Origin: Candidatus Latescibacterota bacterium
GTDB lineage: Bacteria; Latescibacterota; UBA2968; UBA8231
Direction: 5' to 3'
DNA length: 64,000 nucleotides
Assembly: GCA_965215195.1 (NCBI GenBank)
Contig: CBDCDC010000002.1
Coordinates: forward strand, 1,856,001 to 1,920,000
How positions within the stretch are numbered: the stretch's first letter is position 1; the number at the start of each line of letters is the position of its first letter. Shown piece by piece: positions 28,592-37,036 of the stretch. The position numbers and the translations under genes were made by a program. The notes under the pieces are model-generated. The model made no database searches, had not been told where the DNA came from, and saw only the letters and a list, made by a program, of their open reading frames with translations.

Positions 28592-28855
28592 ATGACCACC
28601 CCTCACGAACTGAATCCCGACCCGCTGCAAGTCGTCGCCGAGCTATCCAAGCGCTTAGACAGCATCAAGCACCGCCTTGACCGAATCGAGACCCACCAGC
28701 GCGAGGATATCGCCTCCCTCCGGCAGGCGATGGCCCGCTGGATGCGCTGGATTATTGGTATCGGCATCACCGGCTTTCTAGCGATAACCGGCTTGCTGGT
28801 GCCCCGCTGCACGAAGGATACGAAAAAAGAAAACGACGATACAAATTTATTTTAA
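28592..28855 (+). CDS. Small coiled-coil protein with C-terminal TM helix (hypothetical)
   Basis: AAGGAG RBS; heptad region 'LSKRLDSIKHRLDRIE' followed by 'RWIIGIGITGFLAITGLL'. Confidence 0.55.
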   Translation: MTTPHELNPDPLQVVAELSKRLDSIKHRLDRIETHQREDIASLRQAMARWMRWIIGIGITGFLAITGLLVPRCTKDTKKENDDTNLF

Positions 28856-28892
28856 TGAATAATTTGAACAATCTCGTAGAGCAACTTTTTTC

Positions 28893-28921
28893 TTGACAGC
28901 CTCTTGGCAGGGGTTTATTAT
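28893..28921 (+). promoter_or_regulatory. Sigma70-type promoter
   Basis: TTGACA-N17-TATTAT upstream of the gene at 28977, preceded by an AT-rich tract. Confidence 0.7.
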
Positions 28922-28976
28922 GAACCATGAACCGTTCAAATTTTTCATCCACTTCTCAAGCTAAGGAGATGCAGTA

Positions 28977-29935
28977 ATGAAGAAGTTGACCCTTTTGGCT
29001 GCTAGCGCGGCCTTTTGCTTTACTACGCTGGCCAGTGCTCAGCCACCGGTGCGCTACTTCGACTTGCCCAAGTTCACCCAAGCACCCACGCTCGACGGTG
29101 ACCGCGCAACGGTTGCTGACGAGTGGGCCGGTGCGCTAGAATTTCCCTGCTCGCCAGACCAGATCCAACTTGATGGTCAAGAGTATGGCTGGCGCAGCAT
29201 TGAGCAGGGGTACAGCGAGGTAAGCGCGAACCAGCTCAGCGAAAACGGCGAGACCGAGGTTGCAGGCGAGGGGCGTACCAACGCCGATTTCGAGTCGGTG
29301 ATTTTGCAGGCGTGGGACGACGATGCCTTGTATTACCTCACCGAGGTCAGCGATAATGTCCGCGACACCGAAGGCGGTGGTGAGGCCCGGCTTGGTGGGA
29401 GCGCGACAGCATGTCCCTGTATCTCGACTTGAACAATGAGGATTGCGCGTGCGGCGACCCGGCCCCGACTAGCTACGTCAACCTGAATGTGGTCAACTTC
29501 ATGGCTCTGCCTTTTGGCTCGCACGAGCTGTCTGTCTGCTTAATCACCACCGTAGATAATGCGCGCGTGGATGTCCACGATCCCGACGCGCTTGAGGGGT
29601 TTGAATACGGCTTCCGCGACGCCGGCGACGAGTTTGGCGAAGATGGCGATGCGGACTACGTGATTGAAGGCAAGCTGCCGTGGGATACCTTCCTGCGCAA
29701 CGGTAACCTCTTTGAAGCCCCCACGACTGGCTCTGAGATGGGCTTTGCTTGGCTGCCTATCGATTCCGATGGCGAAGATGGTTATGGCGGTCAGATTCAG
29801 TGCGTGGCTTGGGCTGGCGGCAACATGTCCGAGTTCGCCAACTATGTCTTTGTGGATACGCCGGCTGGCCCGCAAGGAGGTACAGCGGTCGAGGAAGATT
29901 CTTGGGGCCGAGTAAAGGAGACCTTCATCCAGTAG
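28977..29935 (+). pseudogene. Secreted CBM9/DOMON-like sugar-binding protein with C-terminal 'TAVEEDSWGRVK' motif; single frameshift at ~29385-29390
   Basis: Signal peptide; 'APTLDG..DEW', 'AWDDDALY...VSDN', then shifted frame 'AWWERDSMSLYLD', 'YVIEGKLPW'. One extra C in GAGGCCC would restore EAPAWWERD, so this may be a sequencing error. Confidence 0.7.
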
Positions 29936-29961
29936 TCAATGGCCTCTGGATAAGTTTATAA

Positions 29962-30003
29962 AAGACGGGAAGTGGGCTTGACGCCTGCTTCCCGTTTTTT
30001 TTT
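29962..30003 (+). terminator. Rho-independent terminator
   Basis: Stem ACGGGAAGTGGGC / GCCTGCTTCCCGT followed by a long T run. Confidence 0.8.
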
Positions 30004-30093
30004 CTTGACCCGCGAGATTTGGCAGATATATGTTTGCGCCCGTTGATTTTCAGTTAATCAATACCAAGACCAAGTGACCCGCGAGGGGTTTTC

Positions 30094-33054
30094 ATGCTGT
30101 GTTTTCTAAAATGCCGCGTTGTCAAGTGCTGGGTGGTCTTATCCGCGCTGGTTTGCGCTGGCTTGTCCGCGCCGGCCGAGGCGCAGCGCCACCCCGAATC
30201 CGGCGGCCCGCTGCCCTATTACGACCCTACTCCCGGCACACCGCAAGATCCCCCGTGGAAAAAGCGCCCCCCCTTCCTGCGCGGTCCCCAAGACCGCTAT
30301 GACCGAGGGCTGGGGAGGACTTTTTTCAACGCCGCAGTCAGCGTCCCCTATCTCAACTACGCCGATGAAAAGTACATTGCGTACTACCGCGAAACGGTTG
30401 CTTGGGCCACCCCATCGGGCCGCTCGCCAAGGACCCGCAACGTGGGTTGGGACCGGATGGGCAACTACATGGGCGGGGGCTATCAGCGGGTCCTGACGAT
30501 AGAAGAGTCGCGCAGTGGCAACGACTTTAGTGGGTATAGCTATATCGACCACAAGTATCGGTCGTTCCGGATCGGCCACTATACGCACAAGGATTTGCAC
30601 TGGACTGCCACGTTGGGCAACTTGACCACAAGATCGGATGTGCGCACCATTTTCACGCCGCTCACGCTGGCCAACAGCAAGCTGAACGCGCTGCGCATGG
30701 ACATCAACTACAAGGAGCGCGACCGGGCAACTCTGCTCTACTCGCGCGGCGGCGACCACTCCGGGGCCCAGCTATTCTCCAAATGGGCGTTTGGCCAAGA
30801 AGGCGACGACGCTTGGGACAACTCACCGGTGCTGCTCTTTGGCGGCCACTATCAGCGCGAAGTAGGGAGCTTCGCCAGCGTTGGCGGGACGCTAATCAAC
30901 CAGATCATGGCTTCGCCGGCCCTGTCGCGCTCCAGCGCTTGGCGCGGCGATTTGCCCTATGAGATGCTCGGCCCCAAGACCATCCGCGTCTTCGTGGCCG
31001 ACGACTCGCCCGACGACGCACAGGCCAATGCTATTGTCTATGGCGTGGATATTGTCATAGAGGGTGCGCGCAGCACAGAGCCGGTGCGCCTGACCAGCCT
31101 CGACGACGACCCGGACTACGACCCAATCCTAGAAGCTGGGCCTCCCGAAGGCGGCACTGTCCGCTCCGGCGGCGAGCGCGAGGCCGAGGGCAAGGTGCCG
31201 GTGGTGTACACCTTTGTTATCCCACCGGACGTGACCGTGCGCTCGGTGCGCTTTGTCGCCGATGTGGCCGGCGATTACCGGGTCGGCGTCAGCCAGACCC
31301 ACGACTTCTTCAATATCAGCCGCCGGGGCGACGCGACGATTACTGAGGCGGCTTGGCCAGCTCCTATCGCCAGCGCCGGTGAGCGGGCCATCCGGCGTCC
31401 GTTCAAATGGTACACAGACGAGGATGAGGAACTCTACTACACCATCATCCGCGCCGATGGCAGCGACGGCAGTGGTGCCAACCGGCGGATGGTCTCCTTT
31501 GACTACGGCATTCCCACCGGGCAGAGTTTGGCCTCAATCAACTATCAGGTCGATTTGGTAGGGCTGGAAGTCAGCGGCGAGATGGCGCACAATCTGCAAA
31601 ACTTCATGTTCCCAGTCGGCAATAACGAGGGCGAGCGCAGCAGCGAGCGCGCCTTGGCGTGGTGGGTCAAGGGCGTCAAGGATCTGGCCGGTGGTCTAGC
31701 GCTGGGCGGCGAGATATACCGCATAGAGCCTGACTACGGCGGCGGCTACGATAGCTACCGCGGCGGCATGGCCTTCCACTACGATGGCCAGCCTGCTCCC
31801 GGCGAGAGAATCTCTACGGTCACTGAGGAGTTCCCCCTCCACGAGGACAACGACGATCACGACCGCTTCCCCGACAGCCACACCGAAGATACCGCCACTG
31901 CCGAGCCGCGTTTGCTTTATCCAGGCAATCCCAGTGCTCAAGTGTACCCCGGTCTCGACGAGAACGTCGATAACATCCCGGACATGGATCGCAACGAGAA
32001 CTTCATTGTCGATTGGGAAGAGGCGTTTCTAACCTACGATTCAGAGCCGCCCGAATTTGTCTATGGCATTGACTTCAACAACAACAACGTACCCGACTTC
32101 CGCGAAAACGACGATAAGCCGGACTACCCTTACCCACGCGACCAAAAGGGCCAGCACATCTTCCTCCGCTACGACCGCTTGGGGCGCTTGGGCAAGTTCA
32201 TCACCCTAGGCCGCTACGACAACAGCCAGATCGCCGGCCCGGGTAAGTCCGAGTCGCTGTACTTCCGCTACGCATACTCAGTGGAAAAGCGCGGCGTTGG
32301 CGCACTGAACATCAACTACGACGCCAAGCAGGTCAAAGACGACATCCCAGACCACACCTACGTGTACCAAGTGCCCATTGACGATATAGAGGTCATCAAC
32401 TGGTTTAACGAGCCGGACGGCCCGCCCGAGCAGGCGGGCTTCTGGCGGCCGGCGACGCCGGACGAGCTGTTGATGCGCGACAGCTTTGTGCATCTCCTCT
32501 TTTTCGACAGCACCTATCAGGGGTTCCGCGGCTTCAACATTGAAAACGGCTTTCTGTGGCAGCGCAACAGCCAAGCCGAACTTGAGCTCGCAGACGGCAG
32601 CGGGCTGTTGCAGCCCCAAGACGTGCGCTCGCGTTTTTCCATTGTCAACAAGATCGACTATACCCATAGCTGGGGTGCTTTCAGCGTCACGCCTAAGTTA
32701 AAGCATCGGACGATCGTTGAGCAGGTCGATAGCGAAGACGCGCCGCGGAAATCGTACAGCGACTTCATCCCCATCGTAATGGGGCAGTACAAGCTCACGC
32801 CCAAGACCAGCTTTCAGCTAGGCGTACAGGGGCTGCCCTTGCTGCCGTTTAAGCACTGGGATCGCGCCTTTGAGGACGGGACGTACAGCCAGACCGATTA
32901 TCTGGCCATGCTGCGCATCACCGCAGACTACTTTGGCATCCGCGACAATTCGATCTTCTTCGGCTACCAGCGCACGCGGCGGGACTTTAGCCATGCCGGG
33001 CGGCCCGACAGCAAGCAAGGCATCCTCTTCGTGGAACTGATATCCCCCTTCTAA
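30094..33054 (+). CDS. Large uncharacterised outer-membrane protein A with Asp/Asn-rich putative Ca-binding motifs
   Basis: Signal peptide; amphipathic beta-strand-like segments; DNDDHDRFPD, GLDENVDNIPD, GIDFNNNNVPD; C-terminal Phe; paralog of 37037-39964. Confidence 0.7.
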   Translation: MLCFLKCRVVKCWVVLSALVCAGLSAPAEAQRHPESGGPLPYYDPTPGTPQDPPWKKRPPFLRGPQDRYDRGLGRTFFNAAVSVPYLNYADEKYIAYYRETVAWATPSGRSPRTRNVGWDRMGNYMGGGYQRVLTIEESRSGNDFSGYSYIDHKYRSFRIGHYTHKDLHWTATLGNLTTRSDVRTIFTPLTLANSKLNALRMDINYKERDRATLLYSRGGDHSGAQLFSKWAFGQEGDDAWDNSPVLLFGGHYQREVGSFASVGGTLINQIMASPALSRSSAWRGDLPYEMLGPKTIRVFVADDSPDDAQANAIVYGVDIVIEGARSTEPVRLTSLDDDPDYDPILEAGPPEGGTVRSGGEREAEGKVPVVYTFVIPPDVTVRSVRFVADVAGDYRVGVSQTHDFFNISRRGDATITEAAWPAPIASAGERAIRRPFKWYTDEDEELYYTIIRADGSDGSGANRRMVSFDYGIPTGQSLASINYQVDLVGLEVSGEMAHNLQNFMFPVGNNEGERSSERALAWWVKGVKDLAGGLALGGEIYRIEPDYGGGYDSYRGGMAFHYDGQPAPGERISTVTEEFPLHEDNDDHDRFPDSHTEDTATAEPRLLYPGNPSAQVYPGLDENVDNIPDMDRNENFIVDWEEAFLTYDSEPPEFVYGIDFNNNNVPDFRENDDKPDYPYPRDQKGQHIFLRYDRLGRLGKFITLGRYDNSQIAGPGKSESLYFRYAYSVEKRGVGALNINYDAKQVKDDIPDHTYVYQVPIDDIEVINWFNEPDGPPEQAGFWRPATPDELLMRDSFVHLLFFDSTYQGFRGFNIENGFLWQRNSQAELELADGSGLLQPQDVRSRFSIVNKIDYTHSWGAFSVTPKLKHRTIVEQVDSEDAPRKSYSDFIPIVMGQYKLTPKTSFQLGVQGLPLLPFKHWDRAFEDGTYSQTDYLAMLRITADYFGIRDNSIFFGYQRTRRDFSHAGRPDSKQGILFVELISPF

Positions 33055-33062
33055 GGGTGCGA

Positions 33063-33836
33063 ATGCAGATGAGACCACTTGCAAAACACACTCACGTCCT
33101 CTTGTGCTTGGCGTTGGCCGCCGGGGGGTGCGCTACCCTCAGATCCCTCGAATCGCAGGCGCAGCAGGAGTACTTTATCGAGCTAGAGCCGGTCCTGGCC
33201 GCTGAAGATACCTATTACATTGATCCGATCGACAGCTCGGTCGTGTGGAGCGAGCAAGGGGTGCAAGTCAAGGTCAAGTTCTACGACGATGCCATGCTCG
33301 ACGCCGAATACGACACCCGCTTCACGCCCTATACGCTCACGGGAGTCGAAATCCCCGGTTTAGACTATACGCCGCCCCTGTGGACCGTTTTTGAAGTGAC
33401 AGTGATCAACCGCACCCGGGAGCGGGTGGAGTTAGATCCCACGCAGACCATTCTGCGCTTGGACGACGGCCGCCGACTGCTCTGCCGCCAAGGGGCGGGA
33501 AGTTGGTACGACAAGGACGAGTTCTTCGACTATTCCTATTTGAAGTGGGGAGGACAAGAAGGCAATGTGAAATACCATGCCAGCTTGGACCGCAACCCGA
33601 TCTGGGAGAAGAGCGAGTACCACCGGGAAAAGCCCGTGCGCAAAGGCTCGAGATACGTCGGCAAGTTGACCTTTCCACCGCTGCCGGCAGAGACTAGGGC
33701 GTTCACCCTCGAAGTAAACGACTTCATTCTGGCCTTTGATCGCTTTCAAGTAGGATACGGCAATCCGGTGGAATTTACCGACTTGAAATTCCGCTTCAAT
33801 GTCGATCACGGAGTGCGTTGGGTGGAGACTAAGTAA
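33063..33836 (+). CDS. Uncharacterised lipoprotein (paralog of 44871-45638)
   Basis: Lipobox AGGC; 'IDP.DSS', 'YTPP..TVF.V.VIN.T' shared with the paralog. Confidence 0.7.
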   Translation: MQMRPLAKHTHVLLCLALAAGGCATLRSLESQAQQEYFIELEPVLAAEDTYYIDPIDSSVVWSEQGVQVKVKFYDDAMLDAEYDTRFTPYTLTGVEIPGLDYTPPLWTVFEVTVINRTRERVELDPTQTILRLDDGRRLLCRQGAGSWYDKDEFFDYSYLKWGGQEGNVKYHASLDRNPIWEKSEYHREKPVRKGSRYVGKLTFPPLPAETRAFTLEVNDFILAFDRFQVGYGNPVEFTDLKFRFNVDHGVRWVETK

Positions 33837-34493
33837 ATGAAAAAGATGGTGACATATCTCGGGATGACGCTGCTTGTCGGCTCAACGGGTTGTGCCTTGA
33901 AATACGAGGCCCTCAAGGACACTAGCGTGCCCAACCCGCCGTCGATGCCGGTCAAAATATACGTCAAGGAATTCCCGGTCGAGAGCAAGGCCAACGTGGT
34001 CGATCCGCGGACCGCCAATTCGGCCGGTAGTCAGGGAACCCAGTACATTACTAACGCCCTCGCCAGCGAGGGAAATCGCTTGGTGCAGATTACTCGGCCT
34101 TCGCGCATCGAGGATTTGTCTGGGGCTTTGTTGCGCGAACTGCGCAAGGACAAGGTGCGGATCTTCACGCAGACGGATCGGGTTGAGGTGCTAGACGAAG
34201 ACAGCGTCCGACAAGTGAGCAATCCCTTTGCGCTGGTGTCAGCGGACTCAGAAGAGGCCGACTTGGAAATTAGCGGCACGGCTGTGATTACCAGTCAGCG
34301 GGTGCGCAAAGTATTCTCCCCGCAGACGCAAAGGGTGCAGGTTGAGGTCGCAGTCAGGGATCTCAAAACCGGCAAAGTGAGCAAGAAAAGCCCGGTCGAT
34401 GCCGGCGTTGTCATGACCTTCAACTCGCGGGAGTTGGAGGAAGCCCTCGCCATTGCCGTGGTGACCAGCCTGACGCAGAAACTGCTGTTCTGA
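33837..34493 (+). CDS. Uncharacterised lipoprotein
   Basis: Lipobox STGC; abuts both neighbours in the operon. Confidence 0.65.
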   Translation: MKKMVTYLGMTLLVGSTGCALKYEALKDTSVPNPPSMPVKIYVKEFPVESKANVVDPRTANSAGSQGTQYITNALASEGNRLVQITRPSRIEDLSGALLRELRKDKVRIFTQTDRVEVLDEDSVRQVSNPFALVSADSEEADLEISGTAVITSQRVRKVFSPQTQRVQVEVAVRDLKTGKVSKKSPVDAGVVMTFNSRELEEALAIAVVTSLTQKLLF

Positions 34494-34494
34494 A

Positions 34495-36141
34495 GTGCTG
34501 AGGCTGGGCGCACTCTTGCTCTTGCTCGAATTCAGTCCGTGCCGTGCTGAATTAAAGACTTGGGTAGTGGACGCGGTCGATACATTTGCCTTGGGAACGA
34601 CCCAAGGCGTACAGGTGCATCCCGATAGCCTCGTCATTTTGGCGCAATTAGACGAGGATGTAAACGTGGCCTTGGGACGACCAGTGATAGACGATTTTGA
34701 CAAGCCTGTGCCCCTGACTGACGGCGCGATTGACCTCGTGCGCAGCGAGTGGATCTCGGGCACCAATCACGTGTTCGACAAGCAGTTTACCGTCGATCTC
34801 GGCTTGGACCGGGCGATCAAGCGGGTGCGAGTGCTGGCCGGCGAGACGGCCCTGAACCAGCCCGAGTATTTCATGCGTGGGTACAGGCTCGAAACAGCCA
34901 CCCAAGCGGCACCGCAAGTCTGGCATCTGTTGGCGGAACAGCCGGACAATTTCGTCCTCAATGTAGATACGAGCGCAGATTCTACTTGGGCCGCGACCAA
35001 CGAGCGCGGCGCGGCGATCCCGCGCGAAGGTCGCTTCGTGCGGCTGACCCTGATCCGCCAAGACCGCAGCAACTGGGTCGCCATCGGGGAAATCGAGGTG
35101 TTCGGCGCGGGCTACGTTAGCGAAGGCTTCATAGAGGATAGCTTCGTCCCGCCGACTCCGGTCAACGTAGGGCAGATTCGTTGGCAAGCAGAGCGCCCGG
35201 AGCGCACGGGCATTGAGTTGCAGGTGCGCGGACCCACCGCGGAGCCTTGGCAAAGCCTTGCAGCGCACACGGACGAAGAATTTTTCTACAGCGGAGACGA
35301 GCCGGTCGCGCAGTTGGCATACCGGGCCCGCCTGACGAATTCGGCTCCCTTTGTCAGCCCGGCGCTCGAGCGCGTCGCCATGGACTACGATCCAGTCTTG
35401 GTCGCCCAGCAACTCGTGGCAGAGGTGGTCGCATCCGATTCGCTGCGCAAGGGCGAGGAAGCGACCCTGATTTACCGAGTGGAGATCGCGGCTGGCGTCG
35501 ATGATTACGGGGTCGATCTCTTGCGCGTACAAGGCCCCTTGCTCCGCGTAACCGCCGTGCGCGTCAATGGTCGAGAACTCGCGCCTACCGAGGGCTACAC
35601 TTGGGGCCCGACGCCGGATCGGGAGGGGATGGTAGTAGAGCTTGCCCCCGGCGAGCAAATCAACGCGCTGGCGACCGTCGAAATTGAAGGGTCGGCGCTC
35701 TTTGTGCGCGACAAGACCACTATGCATTTTGCGGCTGGCAACAAGGCCCAAGGCGACCGAGATGGGTACGTGAACTGGCAGCAGGGGCGAGAAATGTCGG
35801 GTGCCACTTGGACGGTACTGGCGGCGGGGACGCCGTTGCAGCTTTTGGGCGAAGTGCAGGTGCAGCCGCGCCCGTTCTCTCCGTTTGCGGACGAATATGC
35901 GCGCTTTGCCTTTGTCGTCGGCAATATCGAGGCGGGCCGGGAAGTCGTGCTAAAAATTTACAACCTGACCGGTCGGCCGATTCGCCAGTTGGCGCAGACC
36001 GGAAGTGCCCGCACCTATCAGTTCGAGTGGGACGGCCGCGATGGGAGCGGTCGCGTTGTCGAGCCGGGGCTCTATCTATACGAGGTTGGGATAGAAGCAA
36101 GCGGCAAGGCGCACCGAGGTACTTTTGTGGTGGCGTACTAG
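34495..36141 (+). CDS. Secreted protein with discoidin/F5-8-like domain and C-terminal FlgD-Ig / T9SS-CTD-like domain
   Basis: 'FTVDLG..RAIKRVRV', 'RFVRLT...IGEIEVFG'; tail 'PRPFSP...LKIYNLTGRPIRQL...WDGRDGSGRVVEPGLYLY...GTFVVAY'. Confidence 0.75.
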   Translation: MLRLGALLLLLEFSPCRAELKTWVVDAVDTFALGTTQGVQVHPDSLVILAQLDEDVNVALGRPVIDDFDKPVPLTDGAIDLVRSEWISGTNHVFDKQFTVDLGLDRAIKRVRVLAGETALNQPEYFMRGYRLETATQAAPQVWHLLAEQPDNFVLNVDTSADSTWAATNERGAAIPREGRFVRLTLIRQDRSNWVAIGEIEVFGAGYVSEGFIEDSFVPPTPVNVGQIRWQAERPERTGIELQVRGPTAEPWQSLAAHTDEEFFYSGDEPVAQLAYRARLTNSAPFVSPALERVAMDYDPVLVAQQLVAEVVASDSLRKGEEATLIYRVEIAAGVDDYGVDLLRVQGPLLRVTAVRVNGRELAPTEGYTWGPTPDREGMVVELAPGEQINALATVEIEGSALFVRDKTTMHFAAGNKAQGDRDGYVNWQQGREMSGATWTVLAAGTPLQLLGEVQVQPRPFSPFADEYARFAFVVGNIEAGREVVLKIYNLTGRPIRQLAQTGSARTYQFEWDGRDGSGRVVEPGLYLYEVGIEASGKAHRGTFVVAY

Positions 36142-36985
36142 CGTCCTATTGCTGGCCCTCGTCCCCCCGGTCGGCGCTGCTTTTGAATTTGCGGGACAGG
36201 GGGCCCAGAGCACGGCACTGGGCCGAGCTTTCGCCGCCCGCATTCAGACAGCTGAGGCCGTTTGGTACAATCCGGCTGGCAATGCCCAGCAGCAGAAGTG
36301 GCAGGCTGGCACGACCCACGCGTTGCTCTATCCCGGGTTGGACCAAAGCCCAGCCCTAAACGGCTTGTCAGTGGCCGGCCCCTTGCGGGGCGGCGGCTTC
36401 CAACTGGGCCTTTCGTTTTTAGGGGCCGATGGCTGGCGCGAAGAAGTGATTGCCTTGGGCTACGGGCGGCCGTTGCACGAGCGATTCGCCTTGGGCGGCG
36501 GCTGGCGCACCAGCGCTTGGCAAGCGGGCGATCTGTCGCACCGGGCTTGGCATTTCGATGTAGGGGCGACTTGGGAAGTGGGTTTCATACACCCGCGGGC
36601 GTACCTGCGATTGGCGTTGGTCGCCAAAGGCTTAAACGGGGCCAATATCGCAGCGGGCGGCCAAGCTACAGGCAAAGAAAAGCCAGCCGTGGTTGCGGCG
36701 GCCTTGCTCAACGTGGCGGGCCGGGAGGTCCTACTCGACATTGAGCGCCGCGAGGGGCGAACCGAGTTCAGAATGGGGTACGAGACGCGGACGGTGAGCC
36801 TCAACGGCGCTCGGTTCCGCATGGGAGGAGCTGCGGTTGGGTCGGGTTTTGACGATAGAGAGCTCAACGTGGGGCTGGGCCACAACTATAAGCAATGGCA
36901 TTTCGATTATGCGTATTCCTACCCGCTGCACCTGTCCGGCTATGGAGGTGTGCATCGGTTCAGCGTTGGTTATCGCCAGCGCTGA
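36125..36985 (+). CDS. PorV/PorP/PorQ-like outer-membrane beta-barrel protein
   Basis: 'AFEFAGQGAQSTALGRAFAA', 'AVWYNPAG', 'FDVGA', 'HFDYAYSY..LSGYGGVHRFSVGY'. Confidence 0.65.
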   Translation: MWWRTSVLLLALVPPVGAAFEFAGQGAQSTALGRAFAARIQTAEAVWYNPAGNAQQQKWQAGTTHALLYPGLDQSPALNGLSVAGPLRGGGFQLGLSFLGADGWREEVIALGYGRPLHERFALGGGWRTSAWQAGDLSHRAWHFDVGATWEVGFIHPRAYLRLALVAKGLNGANIAAGGQATGKEKPAVVAAALLNVAGREVLLDIERREGRTEFRMGYETRTVSLNGARFRMGGAAVGSGFDDRELNVGLGHNYKQWHFDYAYSYPLHLSGYGGVHRFSVGYRQR

Positions 36986-37036
36986 GTTGGAATGCGACTG
37001 AAGACCGGATCTCTACACTGAATGAGGATAGCTGCC

